Positions 10,280-22,677 of a stretch of 34,005 bases of DNA are shown piece after piece (position 1 is the stretch's first letter; every line of letters begins with the position of its first letter). The notes beneath the pieces were generated by a model. The model was not told the origin of the DNA and did not search any database. It saw nothing but the letters and a program-made list of their open reading frames with translations. The DNA lies in contig JASTWF010000336.1 of the NCBI GenBank assembly GCA_030390025.1, positions 496,001-530,005 on the forward strand, given 5' to 3'. Source of the DNA: Squalus acanthias (taxonomy: Eukaryota). A program made the translations under genes and the position numbers.

Positions 10280-13200
10280 CTCTTTTAATTTGGGTGGTTA
10301 ACCAAATAAACTGTAAATCAATAAAACTTTAAATAAACCTTAACAAATTAAATTAAAATTTGGTAGCCCGGGTGACGATGCACTCCAGTCCCCGCGGCGC
10401 CCACTGGTCGCGGAAAAACTCAAGCGTGCCGGCGGACACCGCTTGCTCCATCTCCAGGGCCACCCAGGCGCGAACATGACCGTGGAAAAGAGGCAGGCAA
10501 TCGGGCCGAACGACCCCCTCGACCGCCCGCTGCCTGGACCAATTAATGGCTTTTTTAGCCAGGCCCAGGAGCAGTCCTACGAGGAGGTCCTCCGACCTGC
10601 CCACTCCCCTCCGCACCGGGTGACCGTAGATCAGGAGCGTGGGGCTGAAGTGCAACAAAAAATCGAGGAGCAGCCCCTTCAAATAATGAAAGAGGGGCTG
10701 CAACCTCTCACACTCTGTATAAACGTGAAAGACGGACTCCTCCAGGCCGCAAAAATGGCAAGCAGCCTGGGAGTCCGTGAACCTATTTAAAAACCATATT
10801 GCACGGGACTGCTCCGTGCAACACCCTCCAGGCCAAGTCCCCAATAGAACAAGGGAAGACTCCCGCGTAGAGAGCCCTCCATTGGGGAACTTCACCTCCG
10901 CCGGACGGCAGGATGGTACGCCAAGGCATGTCCAGATGGCAGACGAAGATGGCAAAGTGGATAGTGTGCAGGAGCAGCCCGTACAGGAAACACCTCCATG
11001 CGGAATGAAAGGGCACGGAGGGCATTTCTCCGAGAAGGCTCAAGTGGTGAGGCGGTGGCTCCCGAGGGAGGATTCGGGGCCGGGCGCCGATGAGGAATTC
11101 CGTCCGAACGGAGGTCAGCTCGGACGGGATCGCCCCACGTGCTTGAGCCTCCTCGATACACCTAGTGGAGTCGGGGCCCAGTGCCATTTTTAGCGACTCG
11201 ATGGCTTTGACCGCGAGCCGGACGTTGACCCAAGACATGCGCCTCACCAGCTCCTCCGGCGCCATCCAGCCCGCTCCTCCACCACCGAGCAGGTCCCCGA
11301 CTCTAGTCACCTTACCGGGCACAGCCCTGCCCTCCGCCAGCCATCCGAACCCGCGGTCGTGGAGGTGCGGATTCCTGAGCAGCGGCTCCCAAAGGACGGC
11401 CGCCACTCCTGACGGGGGAGAACTGTGCTCGGAGGCGACGCTGTTCCAAACCCATAGCAGTTCCTGGTAGAAGACAGGCAGCTCCTGCAGGCAGGCACGT
11501 GTGCCGCCCACTCTCATAAACAAGAGCTGCGTGTCGTAATTGAGGCCGTGCAGCTGGCGGAAGAAATACGTCGCCAGCGCATGCCACCTAGGAGGATTCT
11601 CCATGTACAGGTACCTCTGCAGCGTCTGAAGACGGAAAGTTGCCGCCTGGGTGCGAAGGCACACCAGCGCCTGACCGCCCTCCCTAAGCGGGAGACTCAG
11701 AACCGCGGCAGAGACCCAGTGCTTCCTTTTGTCCCAGAAGAAGTCGACGAGCTTCTTCTGCATCTTGGTGACAAACGCAGGGGGAGGGTTCAAAGTGACC
11801 AACCGGTACCACAACATACATAGATACATAGATACATAGAAGATAGGAGCAGGAGTAGGCCAGCCGGCCCTTCGAGCCTGCTCCGCCATTTAATGAGATC
11901 ATGGCTGATCCTCCAATTCAGTATCCCGTCCCCCGCCTTCTCTCCGTAACCCTTAACCCCTTTTGCCTGTAGAAATATATCTAATTCCCTCTTAAATATA
12001 TTTAATGAGCTGGCGTACACTGCCCTCTGTGGCAATGAGTTCCACAGGTTCACCACCCTCTGAGTGAAGAAATTCCCCCTCATTTCTGTCCTAAATGGTT
12101 TAGCCCTTATCCTTAAATTATGTCCTCTAGTTCTGTTCTCACCCGCCAAGGGAAACATTCCTTCTGCATGTAGTCTGTCTAGACCTGTCAGAATTTTATA
12201 CACTTCTATGAGGTCCCCTCTCAATCTTCTAAACTCCAGTGTGTACATCCCTAAACTACATAGTCTCTCCTCATAGGTCAATCCCGCCATTCCTGGTATC
12301 AGCCTGGTGAATCGCCGCTGCACCCCCTCCATGGCAAGAACATCTTTCCTCAGATGAGGCGACCAAAACTGTACACAGTACTCGAGGTGTGGTCTCACCA
12401 GTGCCCTGTACAGCTGCAGCAAGGTATCCCTGTTCCTGTATTCCAACCCTTTTGCTATGAAGGCCAGCATACCGTTTGCCTTCTTGACCGCCTGTTGCAC
12501 CTGCATGCTCGCCTTCAGTGACTGGTGTACAAGAACACCCAGGTCTCTCTGTACTTCCCCCTCTCCCAATTTATTGCCATTTAAATAATAATTTGCCCTC
12601 CCGTTCCTGCACCCAAGGTGGATAACTTCGCACTTGTCCACATTATAGTGCATCTGCCATTTATCCGCCCAATCACCCAGTCTGTCCAAATCGCTCTGGA
12701 GCTTCCTGGTCTCCTCCTCTGAGCCCACCCCCCCTCCTAGTTTAGTGTCGTCTGCAAATTTGGAAATGCTGCATCCGACTCCCTGATCCAGGTCATTAAT
12801 GTAAATTGTGAACAGCTGGGGACCCAGGACAGATCCCTGCGGTACCCCACTTGTTACTGCCTGCCATTCAGAAAATGAGCCGTTTATTCCAACTCTCTGT
12901 TTCCTATCTGACAGCCAGTTCTCTATCCACGTCAATACTTTCCCCTTTATCCCATGAGCTTCAATTTTCCATGCTAATCTTTTATGTGGGACCTTGTCGA
13001 AGGCCTTTTGGAAGTCCAGGTACACCACATCTACTGGCTCTCCCCCATCTATTTTATCAGTTACTCCCTCAAAAAATTCCAATAGATTAGTCAAGCACGA
13101 TTTACCCTTTGTAAATCCATGTTGACTCTGTCCTATCCTGTCCCCATTTGCTAAGTGCTCCGCTATTTCATCCTTAATGATGGACTCCAGCATTTTGCCC

Positions 13201-14502
13201 ACAACTGATGTAAGGCTTACAGGTCTGTAATTACCTGCTTTTCCCCTACCCCCCTTTTTGAATAGTGGGGTAACGTTAGCTACCCTCCAATCCATGGGCA
13301 CTGTTCCCGAGTCTAATGAATTCTGAAAAATCATACTTAGTGCATCCGCTATCTCTAGGGCCACCTCCTTCAGTACCCTAGGATGCATGTTATCAGGCCC
13401 TGGGGATTTGTCCGCCTTCAATCCCTTTAGCTTCCTTAACACCATATCCTTAGAGATATTGATTTGCGTCAGTTCCTCCTTTGCCAATGTCCCTATTTTT
13501 CCCGATATCCCAGGGAGGTTTTTTGTGTCTTCCTTCGTAAAGACTGACCCAAAGTATGCATTTAGTTGGTCTGCCATTTCCTTATTTCCCGTTATATATT
13601 CCCCCGTATCTGACTGCAATGGACCAACTTTGGTTTTCACCAGTCCTGTGTAGGAGAACACTCGGAGCAGTCCTGTCCAGCACCCTAGGCGAGCGGTGAC
13701 TTTGGCCTCCAGCTCTTGCCAGTTCGCCGGCCAGGCATCCTCGGCGGGGCTGAGGTAGACTCCCAAGTAGAGGAGGTACGTGGTGCTCCAGGCGAAGGGC
13801 CTGAACTCCTCCGGCAGGGAGTCCACCCGCCACAGGCCCACCAGGAGTCCAGAACATTTCTCCCAGTTGATCCTGGCAGAGGATGCGTCCAAGTAAATCT
13901 GCTGGCATTCTCGCATCCTCCGCAAGTCAACGGGATCCGTGACCGCGAGGAGCACATCATCGGCGTAAGCCGAGAGGACGACCTCCACGCCCGGCCCTTG
14001 CAGAGCCAGTCCCATCAACCTCTTCCGCAAGAGGCGCAGGAAAGGCTCCACGCAAACGGCGTATAACTGACCGGACATGGGGCATCCCTGATGCACCCGC
14101 CTCCCGAAGCGAAGGGGCGCCGTCAAAGACCCGTTAACTTTAATCAGACACTCCGCAGCGGCGTACAGAAGTCGGATCCGGGCGACGAAATGCGTCCCGA
14201 ACCCGAATGCGCGCAGAGTCACGAAAAGATACTCGTGATCCACCCTGTCGAACGCCTTCTCCTGATCCAGGGAAAGGAAGGCGACCGACAGACCAGCCCT
14301 CTGGGAATGGTGGACCAGGTCCCAGACAGATGGATGTTGTCGTGGATGCTCCGGCCCGGGACCGTGTAGGACTGGTCGGGGTGGTCCATGTGGGCCAGCA
14401 CGGTGCCCAAGGCGAGTAGACATAGCCATGGCAAAAATTTTGTAGTCCATGCTGAGGAGGGAGACCGGGCGCCAGTTCTTAAGTAGGCGGAGATCGCCCT
14501 TC
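10280..14502 (-). mobile_element. Tx1-like non-LTR retrotransposon copy A, 5'-truncated within ORF2, interrupted by a CR1
   Basis: NWRPVSLL, DQEKAFDRV, QGCPMS and YADD motifs plus C-terminal CHFC..H..C. Colinear with 27777-30208. Short 3' UTR ending AAAAGAG. Confidence 0.92.
11818..13648 (-). mobile_element. Young 5'-truncated CR1 LINE nested in Tx1 copy A, RT frame uninterrupted
   Basis: Open frame LVKTKVGPL...NYRPVSLT...KAFDKVPH...QGSVLGP...FADDTKL...KGVKGYG and an (ATCTATGT)n tail at 11818-11840. Confidence 0.95.
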
Positions 14503-15077
14503 GAGATTAGCAGGTAAAGTTAAGGCACATGGGATTGGGGGCAAGGTATTGACTTGGATAGAGAACTGGTTGGCGGACAGAAAGCAGAGAGTAGGAATTA
14601 ATGGTCTTTTTCAGAGTGGCAGGCAGTGACTAGTGGGGTACCGCAGTGATCGGTCCTTGGACCCCAGCTATTCACAATATACATTAATGATCTAGATAAG
14701 GGAACTAAATGTAATACCTCCAAGTTTGCTGATGACACAAAGCTGGGTGGGCGTGTGTGCTGCGAAGAGGGTACCGAGAAACTCCAGGATGATTTGGACA
14801 GGTTGTGTGAGTGGGCAGAAGCGTGGCAGATGCAATATAACGTGGATAAATGTGAGGTTATCCACTTTGGTGTCAAAAACAGAAAGGCAGTCTATTATCT
14901 GAATGGCAATAGATTGGGAGAAGGGGAAGTGCAACGAGACCTGGGTGTCCTTGTGCACCAGTCGCTGAAGGTAAGCATGCAGGTGCAGCAGGCGGTGAAG
15001 AAGGGAAATGGTATGTTGGCCTTCATAGCGAAAGGGTTTGAGTATAGGAACAGGGATGTCCTGCTGCAGTTGTACAG
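14503..15077 (+). mobile_element. CR1 RT fragment, right of Tx1 copy A, 3'-truncated
   Basis: RLAGKVKAHGIGG...SGVPQ*SVLGP...FADDTKL...VLLQLYR, then an abrupt junction to the 56-bp repeat. Confidence 0.9.
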
Positions 15078-15081
15078 AAAT

Positions 15082-15137
15082 GAGAAGTCGCACAACACCA
15101 GGTCATAGTCCAACAGCTTTATTTGAAATCACAAGCT
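15082..15137 (-). repeat. Left arm of a 56-bp inverted repeat (partner 30223-30278)
   Basis: The reverse complement matches 30223-30278 with 3 mismatches in 56. Confidence 0.9.
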
Positions 15138-15527
15138 TGTGGTGAGCAGCAGCAGCAGAGTGGTGGTCTCTGTGAGCAGGAAGAGGAGAAGGAGAAGGAG
15201 ACAGCAGACCACAACCAACAACCACTACTGAGGTGCCTGGAGAGAGAGGACAGGAGAGGAGAAAGAAAAGAAGGAAAGGAAGGCCAAGGCCATAACAACA
15301 GAGGAGAGGCCTTTCCACACTGCCTCCTCAATTGGCCTCCATTTTAGGAGAGGGAGAGAGGGGAGAAAACAACAAAACATCCATCATCTGTTTGGAAGGA
15401 GGAAGGAAGGAAAGAACAACAGCTACAGGTGGGTGTGATTCTGGTGCACTCTCCCAGAGACTTTGTTTTGTAGGTGGGGGGAGGAAAGAAGAAAAAGAAG
15501 AAGGCCGGAACATCCAAGGGGTGTGTG
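15138..15527 (+). mobile_element. Distal 5' UTR of Tx1 copy C, separated from its body by copy B
   Basis: Homologous to the reverse complement of about 22950-23340 (5' UTR of copy B), and colinearity continues at 23484 after the duplicated GGGGTGTGTG. Confidence 0.85.
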
Positions 15528-15814
15528 AATCTTTTATTCAAACCAATAATACAAATTACATAGTAAAACCATTACATTCATCCATCAAAATACAGTACAA
15601 ATACCCCCAAACAGTACCACACTTTTTTTTTATATTAAAATAATACATCTCACTTAACTCCACATAAAACAACCCATTTCAACACCACAGTGTACAAACA
15701 CATAGCACCATCACAATCCAACTAAATGCCACATATAACATCCACTCCAATAACCCAAGAAACCTGTTCCGCGCCAGTCCCACTGGCACCACCCACCCGA
15801 CCATCCACTCAATT

Positions 15815-16400
15815 GTTCTCCGTGCTGGGCCTCCCGCCCAGGCCACTCTCCTCCGGGTCTTCCACCTTGGGCCTTCTGCACCGGACCCTCCGCACCGGCA
15901 TTCCCCGCGAGCAGCCGGGGTGAATCAACCGCATCTCCCGACTCCACCTCTGCCGACCAGCCGCCCCGCCCTGGGCCCCCCGCCTGGGGTTCTCCGTGCT
16001 GGGCCTCCCGCCCAGGCCACTCTCCTCTGGGTCTTCCACCTTGGGCCTTCTGCACCGGACCCTCCGCACCGGCATTCCCCACGAGCACCCGGGGTGAAGC
16101 AACCGCATCTCCCGACTCCACCTCTGCCGACCTGCCGCCCCGCCCTGGGCCCCCCGCCTGGGGTTCTCCGTGCTGGGCCTCCCGCCCAGGCCACTCTCCT
16201 CTGGGTCTTCCACCTCGGGCCTTCTTCACCGGACCCTCCGCACCGGCATTCCCCGCGAGCACCCGGGGTGAAGCAACCGCATCTCCTGACTCCACCTCTG
16301 CCGACCAGCCACCCCGCCCTGGGCCCCCCGCCTGGGGTTCTCCGTGCTGGGCCTCCCGCCCAGGCCACTCTCCTCCGGGTCTTCCACCTTGGGCCTTCTG
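15815..16400. repeat. 174-bp GC-rich tandem repeat, about 3.4 copies, in the 3' UTR of copy B
   Basis: GTTCTCCGTGCTGGGCCTCCCGCCCAGG starts at 15815, 15989, 16163 and 16337. Confidence 0.95.
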
Positions 16401-16423
16401 CGAAGCGGACAACTTGGAGTGCA

Positions 16424-19400
16424 TTAAATTAAAATAACATTTCCCGGGGAAACGATGCACTCCAGTCCCTGCGGCGCCCACCGGTCTCGGAAGGCTTCAA
16501 GTGTGCCGGCGGACACCGCATGCTCCATCTCCAGGGCCACCCGGGCGCGAACATAGCCGCGGAAGAGAGGTAGGCAATTGGGCTGAACGACCCCCTCGAC
16601 CGCCCGCTGCCTGGACCTGTTAATGGCCACTTTGGCCAGGCCCAGGAGCAGTCCTACGAGGAGGTCCTCCGACCTGCTCTCTCCCCTCCGCACCGGGTGA
16701 CCGTAGATCAGGAGCGTGGGACTGAAGTGCAACCAAAAAGCGAGGAGCAGCCCCTTCAAATATTCAAAGAGGGGCTGCAACCTCTCACATTCCACATAAA
16801 CGTGGAACACGGACTCCTCGAGCCGCAAAAATGACAGGCGGCCTGGGAGTCCGTGAACCTACTTAAAAACCGATTGCACGGGACTGCTCCGTGCAACACC
16901 CTCCAGGCCATGTCCCCAATAGAAAAGGGGAGTACTCCCGCATAGAGAGCCCTCCATTGGGGACCTTCGCCTCCGCCGGACGGCAAGATGGCACGCCAAG
17001 GCGTGTCCGGACGGCAGGCGAAGATGACAAAGTGGAAAGTGTGCAGGAGCAGCCCGTACAGGAAACCCCTCCGTGCAGAACTGAAGGGCACGGAGGGCAT
17101 TTCCCCGAGACGGCTCAAGTTGTGAGGCGCCGGTTCCCGAGAGGGGTTTCGGGGCCGTGCGCCGATGAGGAATTCCGTCCGAACGGAGGTCAGTTCGGAC
17201 GGGATCGCCCCACGTGCTTGAGCCTCCTCGATACACCTAGTGGAGTCCGGGCCCAGTGCCACTTTCAGCAACTCGATGGCTTTGGCCGCGCGCCAGACGT
17301 CTACCCAGGAGAGGCGCCGCGCCAACTCCTCCGGCGCCATCCAGCCCGCTCCTCCGCCATCGAGCAGGTCCCTGACTCTGGTCACCTTGCCTGGCACAGC
17401 CCTGCCCTCCGCCAGCCAGCCGATCCGTCGGACGTGGAGGTGCGGATTCCTGAACAGCGGCTCCCGAAGGAGAGCCGCCACTCCTGACGGGGGAGAACTC
17501 CGCCTGGAGGCGACCTGGTTCCAGACCCATAGCAGTTCCTGGTAAAAGACAGGCAGCTCCCACAGGTAGGCTCGCGTGCGGCCCAATTCCACAAACAGGA
17601 GCTGCGTGTCGTAGTTGAGGCCGTGCATCTGGCGGAAGAAATACGTCGCCAGCGCACACCATCTGGGAGGATTCTCGACGTAAAGGTACCTCTGCAGCGT
17701 CTGAAGACGGAAAGTCGCCGCCTGGGTGCGAAGGCACACCAGCGCCTGACCGCCCTCCCTAAGCGGGAGACACAGAACCGCGGCAGAGACCCAGTGCTTC
17801 CTTTTGTCCCAGAAGAAGTCGATGAGCATCTTCTGTATCTTGGCGACAAACGCAGGGGGAGGGATCAAAGTGACCAACCGGTACCACAACATGGCGGCCA
17901 CCAGCTGGTTTATGACCAGCGCTCGACCCCTGTAGGACAACACTCGGAGCAACACCGTCCAGCGTCCTAGGCGAGCGGTGACCTTGGCCTCCAGCTCTTG
18001 CCAGTTCGCCGGCCAGGTGTCCTCGGCAGGGCTGAGGTAGACTCCCAAGTAGAGGAGGTGTGTTGTGCTCCAGGCGAAGGCCTGAACTCCTCCGCAGGGA
18101 GTCCACCCGCCACTGGCCCACCAGGAGTCCAGAACATTTCTCCCAGTTGATCCTGGCGGAGGATGCGTCCGAGTAAATCTGCTGGCATTCTCGCATCCTC
18201 CGCAGGTCGACGGGATCCGTGACCATGAGGAGCACGTCATCGGCGTAAGCCGAGAGGACCACCTCCACGCCCGGCCCTTGCAGAGCCAGTCCGTCAACCT
18301 CTTCCGCAAGAGGCGCAGGAAAGGCTCCACGCAAACGGCATATAACTGACCGGACATGGGGCATCCCTGACGCACCCCCCTCCCGAAGCGAAGGGGCGCC
18401 GTCAAAGGAACACCGTTAACTTTAATCAGACACTCCGCGGCGGCGTACAGAAGTCGGATCCGGCGACGAAATGCGTCCCGAACCCGAATGCGCGCAGAGT
18501 CCCGAAGAGGAACTCGTGATCCACCCTGTCGAACGCCTTCTCCTGATCCAGGGAAAGGAAGGCGACCGACAGACCAGTCTCCTGGGAAAGGTGACCAGGT
18601 CCTGACCAGATGGATGTTGTCATGGATTGTCCGGCCCGGGACCGTGTAGGAGCCTGGTCGGGGTGGATCATGTGGGCCAGCACGGTGCCGAGGCGGGCAG
18701 AACATGGCCCTGGCAAAAATGTTATAGTCCGTGCTGAGGAGGGAGACCGGGCGCCAAGTTTTTTAAAAGGCGGAGATCACCCCTCTTGGGCAGCAGGACG
18801 ATAACCGCCCTGCGCCAAGAGAGGGGCATCTCCCCGGTCGCCAGACTTTCCCCCAGGACCCGCGCGTAGTCGCCCCCCAAGACGTCCCAGAACGCCCTGT
18901 GGAATCCACGGTCAGCCCGTCCAGCCCCCGGGGGACTTTCCCCTCGAGAGCTGGCGCAGGGCGCCGGTCAGCTCCGCCAAACTTAGCGGAGCGTCCAATT
19001 CCTCGGCGCCCTCCGGGCCGACCTTCGGCAGGTCCTCCCACAAAACTCTGCGCGCATCCTCGCTGGACGGATCCGGAGAGAACAGGCCCCGTAATAGGCC
19101 CGGGTCCCCGCGCTGATCCCCTCCGGATCCGAGACCAGAGATCCGTCGTCGGCCAGCAGCCCCAAGAGCTGCTTACGGACCCCTCGTCTTTTTTCCAGCG
19201 AGTAGAAGAAGGGGGAGCCGCGGTCCAGGTCCCGCAGGAACTGGATCCGCGACCTCACGTACGCGCCTCGGGACCCGACCAGCTGCAGGTCCTTCAGCGC
19301 GCCCTTCTTCTCTTCGTACACCTTCCGCAGGGCCGGGTCTTCGACGACTTGACCGAGACGGGACTCCAGGTCGAGCACTTCTTTCTCCAATCGCCCGACC

Positions 19401-20319
19401 CGGGCCTCCCGCCTCTTGGTCGACCCCTTCGCGTACTCCTGACAGAAGAGACGGACGTGAGCCTTGCCCACGTCCCACCATAGCCTCAAGGAGGGGAAGC
19501 CCCCCTGCTTCCTTCTCCAGTCGGCCCAGAACCGGCGAAACGAATCCCGGAACCGCACGTCCTCCAGCAGCAGGTTGTTAAAATGCCAGTACGCGGACCC
19601 CCCCGGCGCCTGCAACGGAGCGAGCTCCGCCCACACCAGGTGGTGGTCCGTGCACGGCACCGGCCGCATGGAAGCCGCCGGAACGCAGGAGACGTACGCC
19701 CGGGAAATATAAAGGCGGTCGATTCTGGACCTTCCTCCTCCAGACCCCACCCAAGTGAAGGCGCTGGAGTCGGGATGGAGATTTCGCCAGACGTCCAACC
19801 AAGTCGAAGGACCCGACCAGGTCCCCTCAACTTCACCGTCGCCGTCAGGCTTCGCGGAGGCCCGAACGGTCCCCGCCTCGAGGGTACAATTAAAATCCCC
19901 CCCGAGGATGATGCACTCGCCGACGTCGACGGTGCCCAGAGAGCGGACACTTCATCGAAGAAGCGCACTTGCTGCGCACCGGGCTGGGGGGGCGTACACT
20001 GTTCACTAAATGAGCGGCACGCCCCCCAGACGAACAGTGACCTGGAGCAAGCGGCCCGGCACATGCTCCTTGACCCCCAAGATCTCCGGCTGAAAATGCG
20101 GGGCAGCAAGATAGCCACCCCACCGGAAACGTTGGAGAGGTGACTCATGCTGACCCTCCTCGCCATCCCAGAGCCACGTGCCTCGTCTCCCGGAACGGTG
20201 TGAGTTTCCTGCAGGAAGCACACCGCATGCCTCCCTTCCCGAAGGGACGAGAAGTTATTAAATCTACGGCGTGCCTCTTTGCTGCCGTTGATGTTGAGGC
20301 TGGCTATGGTTATCTTCAT
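16424..20319 (-). pseudogene. Tx1 copy B ORF2 (APE endonuclease, RT, zinc finger), many frameshifts as assembled
   Basis: MKITIASLNING...LQETH, SRIDRLY, TDH, YADD and C-terminal CHFC..H..C are spread across several frames. Confidence 0.88.
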
Positions 20320-20344
20320 GACAAGAGCATAGTGCAACTCTACC

Positions 20345-22440
20345 TTACTCTAACGGGAGAGGGAGCGCGGCCGCTAGTCGACCGCCACTCCCTCCAAGCC
20401 CAGCGAGGAATTCTGGATCCGACGCCGCTCGGCCAGGCCCACGCCCCCGTCCGCGCCCATGGATTTGAATGCGGCGCGGACGGAGCAAAAACGAGCAGCG
20501 CCAGATCCGACCATTTACGATGGCCAGCCGGATTATATCCTGGCGACCCTGGCCCATGGCCACAAAGTCCCCGGAGTTCCACAACGGGGATGAGGGGGGA
20601 CCCGGAGGAGGGCACGAGGGCATCCGCCGCCTCACTGGCGACGATTCCAATCATCCACAGTGTCCTCCGCCGGGTCCGCGTCCTCCTCCGGGGGGTTCGC
20701 CATCGGCCAGCCCTACCTCTGCCCCGATCCAACCCCCAGGATCGGCAGCAGAGGAGTCCTCCCTGGGCTTCTCTCAGAGGCGCCGGGTCAGGAAGCGGCG
20801 GCGGCTCGGGGCACCCCCTCCGCCCCCGGCACCGGGGTGCACAGGGGAAACCGGGGAGCACATTAGTGCCAGTTCCCTCAACAACCCCGGCGCCAGCGTC
20901 CACACGGAGTCAGGGGGCCTTCCCCTTCACCGCCACCATCCTCCGACCCAGCGGACCAGGTACCCTGGTTATATTGCTCAACCAGGTCGAGCAGTGCCTG
21001 GGAGTGGTCCTGACCGTACACGGCGGGCTCTGCCTCATCGGCCTCGCCCGCCCCGGTCCCCAGGATGCCCGACCTGGCGAGAAACAACGGATCAGCGTAA
21101 CTCCCCACCGCGGGTAGTTCCGCGGCCCCCCCCCCCATGAGCAGGGCCTCTCCCCCATCCCCGGGAGGCACAGGCTGGACAGACTCATCTGTCATGCCCT
21201 CCCGGGGGACAGGCGACCCCTGCCGGATGTCGGTGATGGTGTCGGTGGGGGGGGGCGCAGCACCCGCGGCGGGCAACGACTCCCCTTGCGAGTGGGGACC
21301 CCGTTCCTCGCGGTCCTCCCCCTCATCCAGGATGTCGCGCCTCCTTTTCGAAGAGGAGGGACACGAAGGTTGGGAGACCTCCATGCATACCGAGGCCTCC
21401 ACCTCCGCTCCCCCCTGTCGATCGGTCTGCTCGGGGGTCCCGGGCCCGGTCACGGCCGCAGGTCTCGATTTTGCCGCCTTGGCGGATGCGGCCGCAGGCC
21501 CGGGCACAAGGTCCCTCGCATTCTCGAACTCCGCCGCCACCCGCGCAAGGTGTAGGGGCGTAAGCTCGGGTAAGTCATCATATATGTGAAGGGGACCCGC
21601 CTGAAGGTGTTTGCTTTTCCTCCGCGCCTTCCTTCCAGTCGGACGCTCCCCCTCCCCTTCGCCGGAGGCCGCGACGGCGTTGACCTCCGGCGTCGACCGC
21701 GCATCGGGTGTCGCAGACGCGCGGACAGAAACAGGGGGAGGAGCGGCGGCGGCGCCAGCCTTGGCCGCCTCAGATGCTTTGGCGGCCTTGGAGGCGGGGC
21801 AGTTCTTTCTTATGTGCCCCACCTCCTTACAGGCGTGGCACCGCACACCGTCCGACGTCCAGAAGACGCGGTAGGCGGTCCCCTCGTGTGTTATGCTAAA
21901 TGCGCCTTCCGTGTCTTCCTCCCGCGCCAGCTGGATAAACAGCTGGCGCCGGAAGGAGAAGACGTGCCGGAGGCTGGCCTCCCTGCAGCCGAGCGGGATC
22001 GGATTAATCCCCGACCTCACCTCCCCCAGTTGACGTAGGTGGGGGAGGAGGAGCTCAACCGGAACAAAGGGCGGGACATTCGATAGTATGAGTCGCTGCT
22101 CGGTGGCCTCGAGCGGATCCACCGGCAGGAAGGTCCCGCCCACGGTGAGCCCCTCGGTGACGGCCAGGGACACCGCCCGCTCCGACCGCAGGAAGAACAC
22201 AGCCTTACCGTACATTTTAGAGGCCGCAACGATGGCTGAGGGGCCGACTACCCCAGCCATGGCTTTGACGCAAGCCTCTATGGTCATGTTGGGGTGAGTG
22301 TAGCTCTTCACCCCCAGCTTTTTTGTCAATAGCCTGAAAGGCGACGGGGCAGCAGAAGCAGCGGGACCAGCTGTGGCCGTGGCTGCCACACCCGCGTACG
22401 ACCTTGCTTGCCCCGCCGCCGGCGAAGATGTGCTCGCCAT
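20345..22440 (-). pseudogene. Tx1 copy B ORF1 (CCHC zinc knuckle), frameshifted in the 3' part as assembled
   Basis: MASTSS...SYAGV...LSNVPPF...CHACKEVGHIRKNC; homologous to 24059-26214. Confidence 0.88.
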
Positions 22441-22646
22441 ACTGAGGTGGTATAAAGGGCTACACCCACCCCAAGTCACAGGCCGGGTGACGTTTAAGTG
22501 GCCTTGGGCTTTTTTGTCTTTTCCCCCGAGCAGAGGGGGGGTTTTGAGAAAAAGAAGGCACACCTCTCCCTTTTATGATTGGAATTGGGAGTGGCCTTCT
22601 CCCCTCTGCTCAATTGGGTAATAAATAAGGTTTGAGGTGCCTCGTT

Positions 22647-22677
<31 letters not shown>

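Noticed and set aside
15138..15527. Inverted terminal repeat making copy B a DIRS-like or TIR element
   Set aside because: It is the diverged 5' UTR of copy C, lies outside copy B's TSD, and copy B encodes APE and RT with no recombinase or transposase.
22646..22674. (GA)n tract as a Tx1 target site
   Set aside because: It is internal to the 5' UTR; copy C has the matching CT-rich tract at about 23805-23850.
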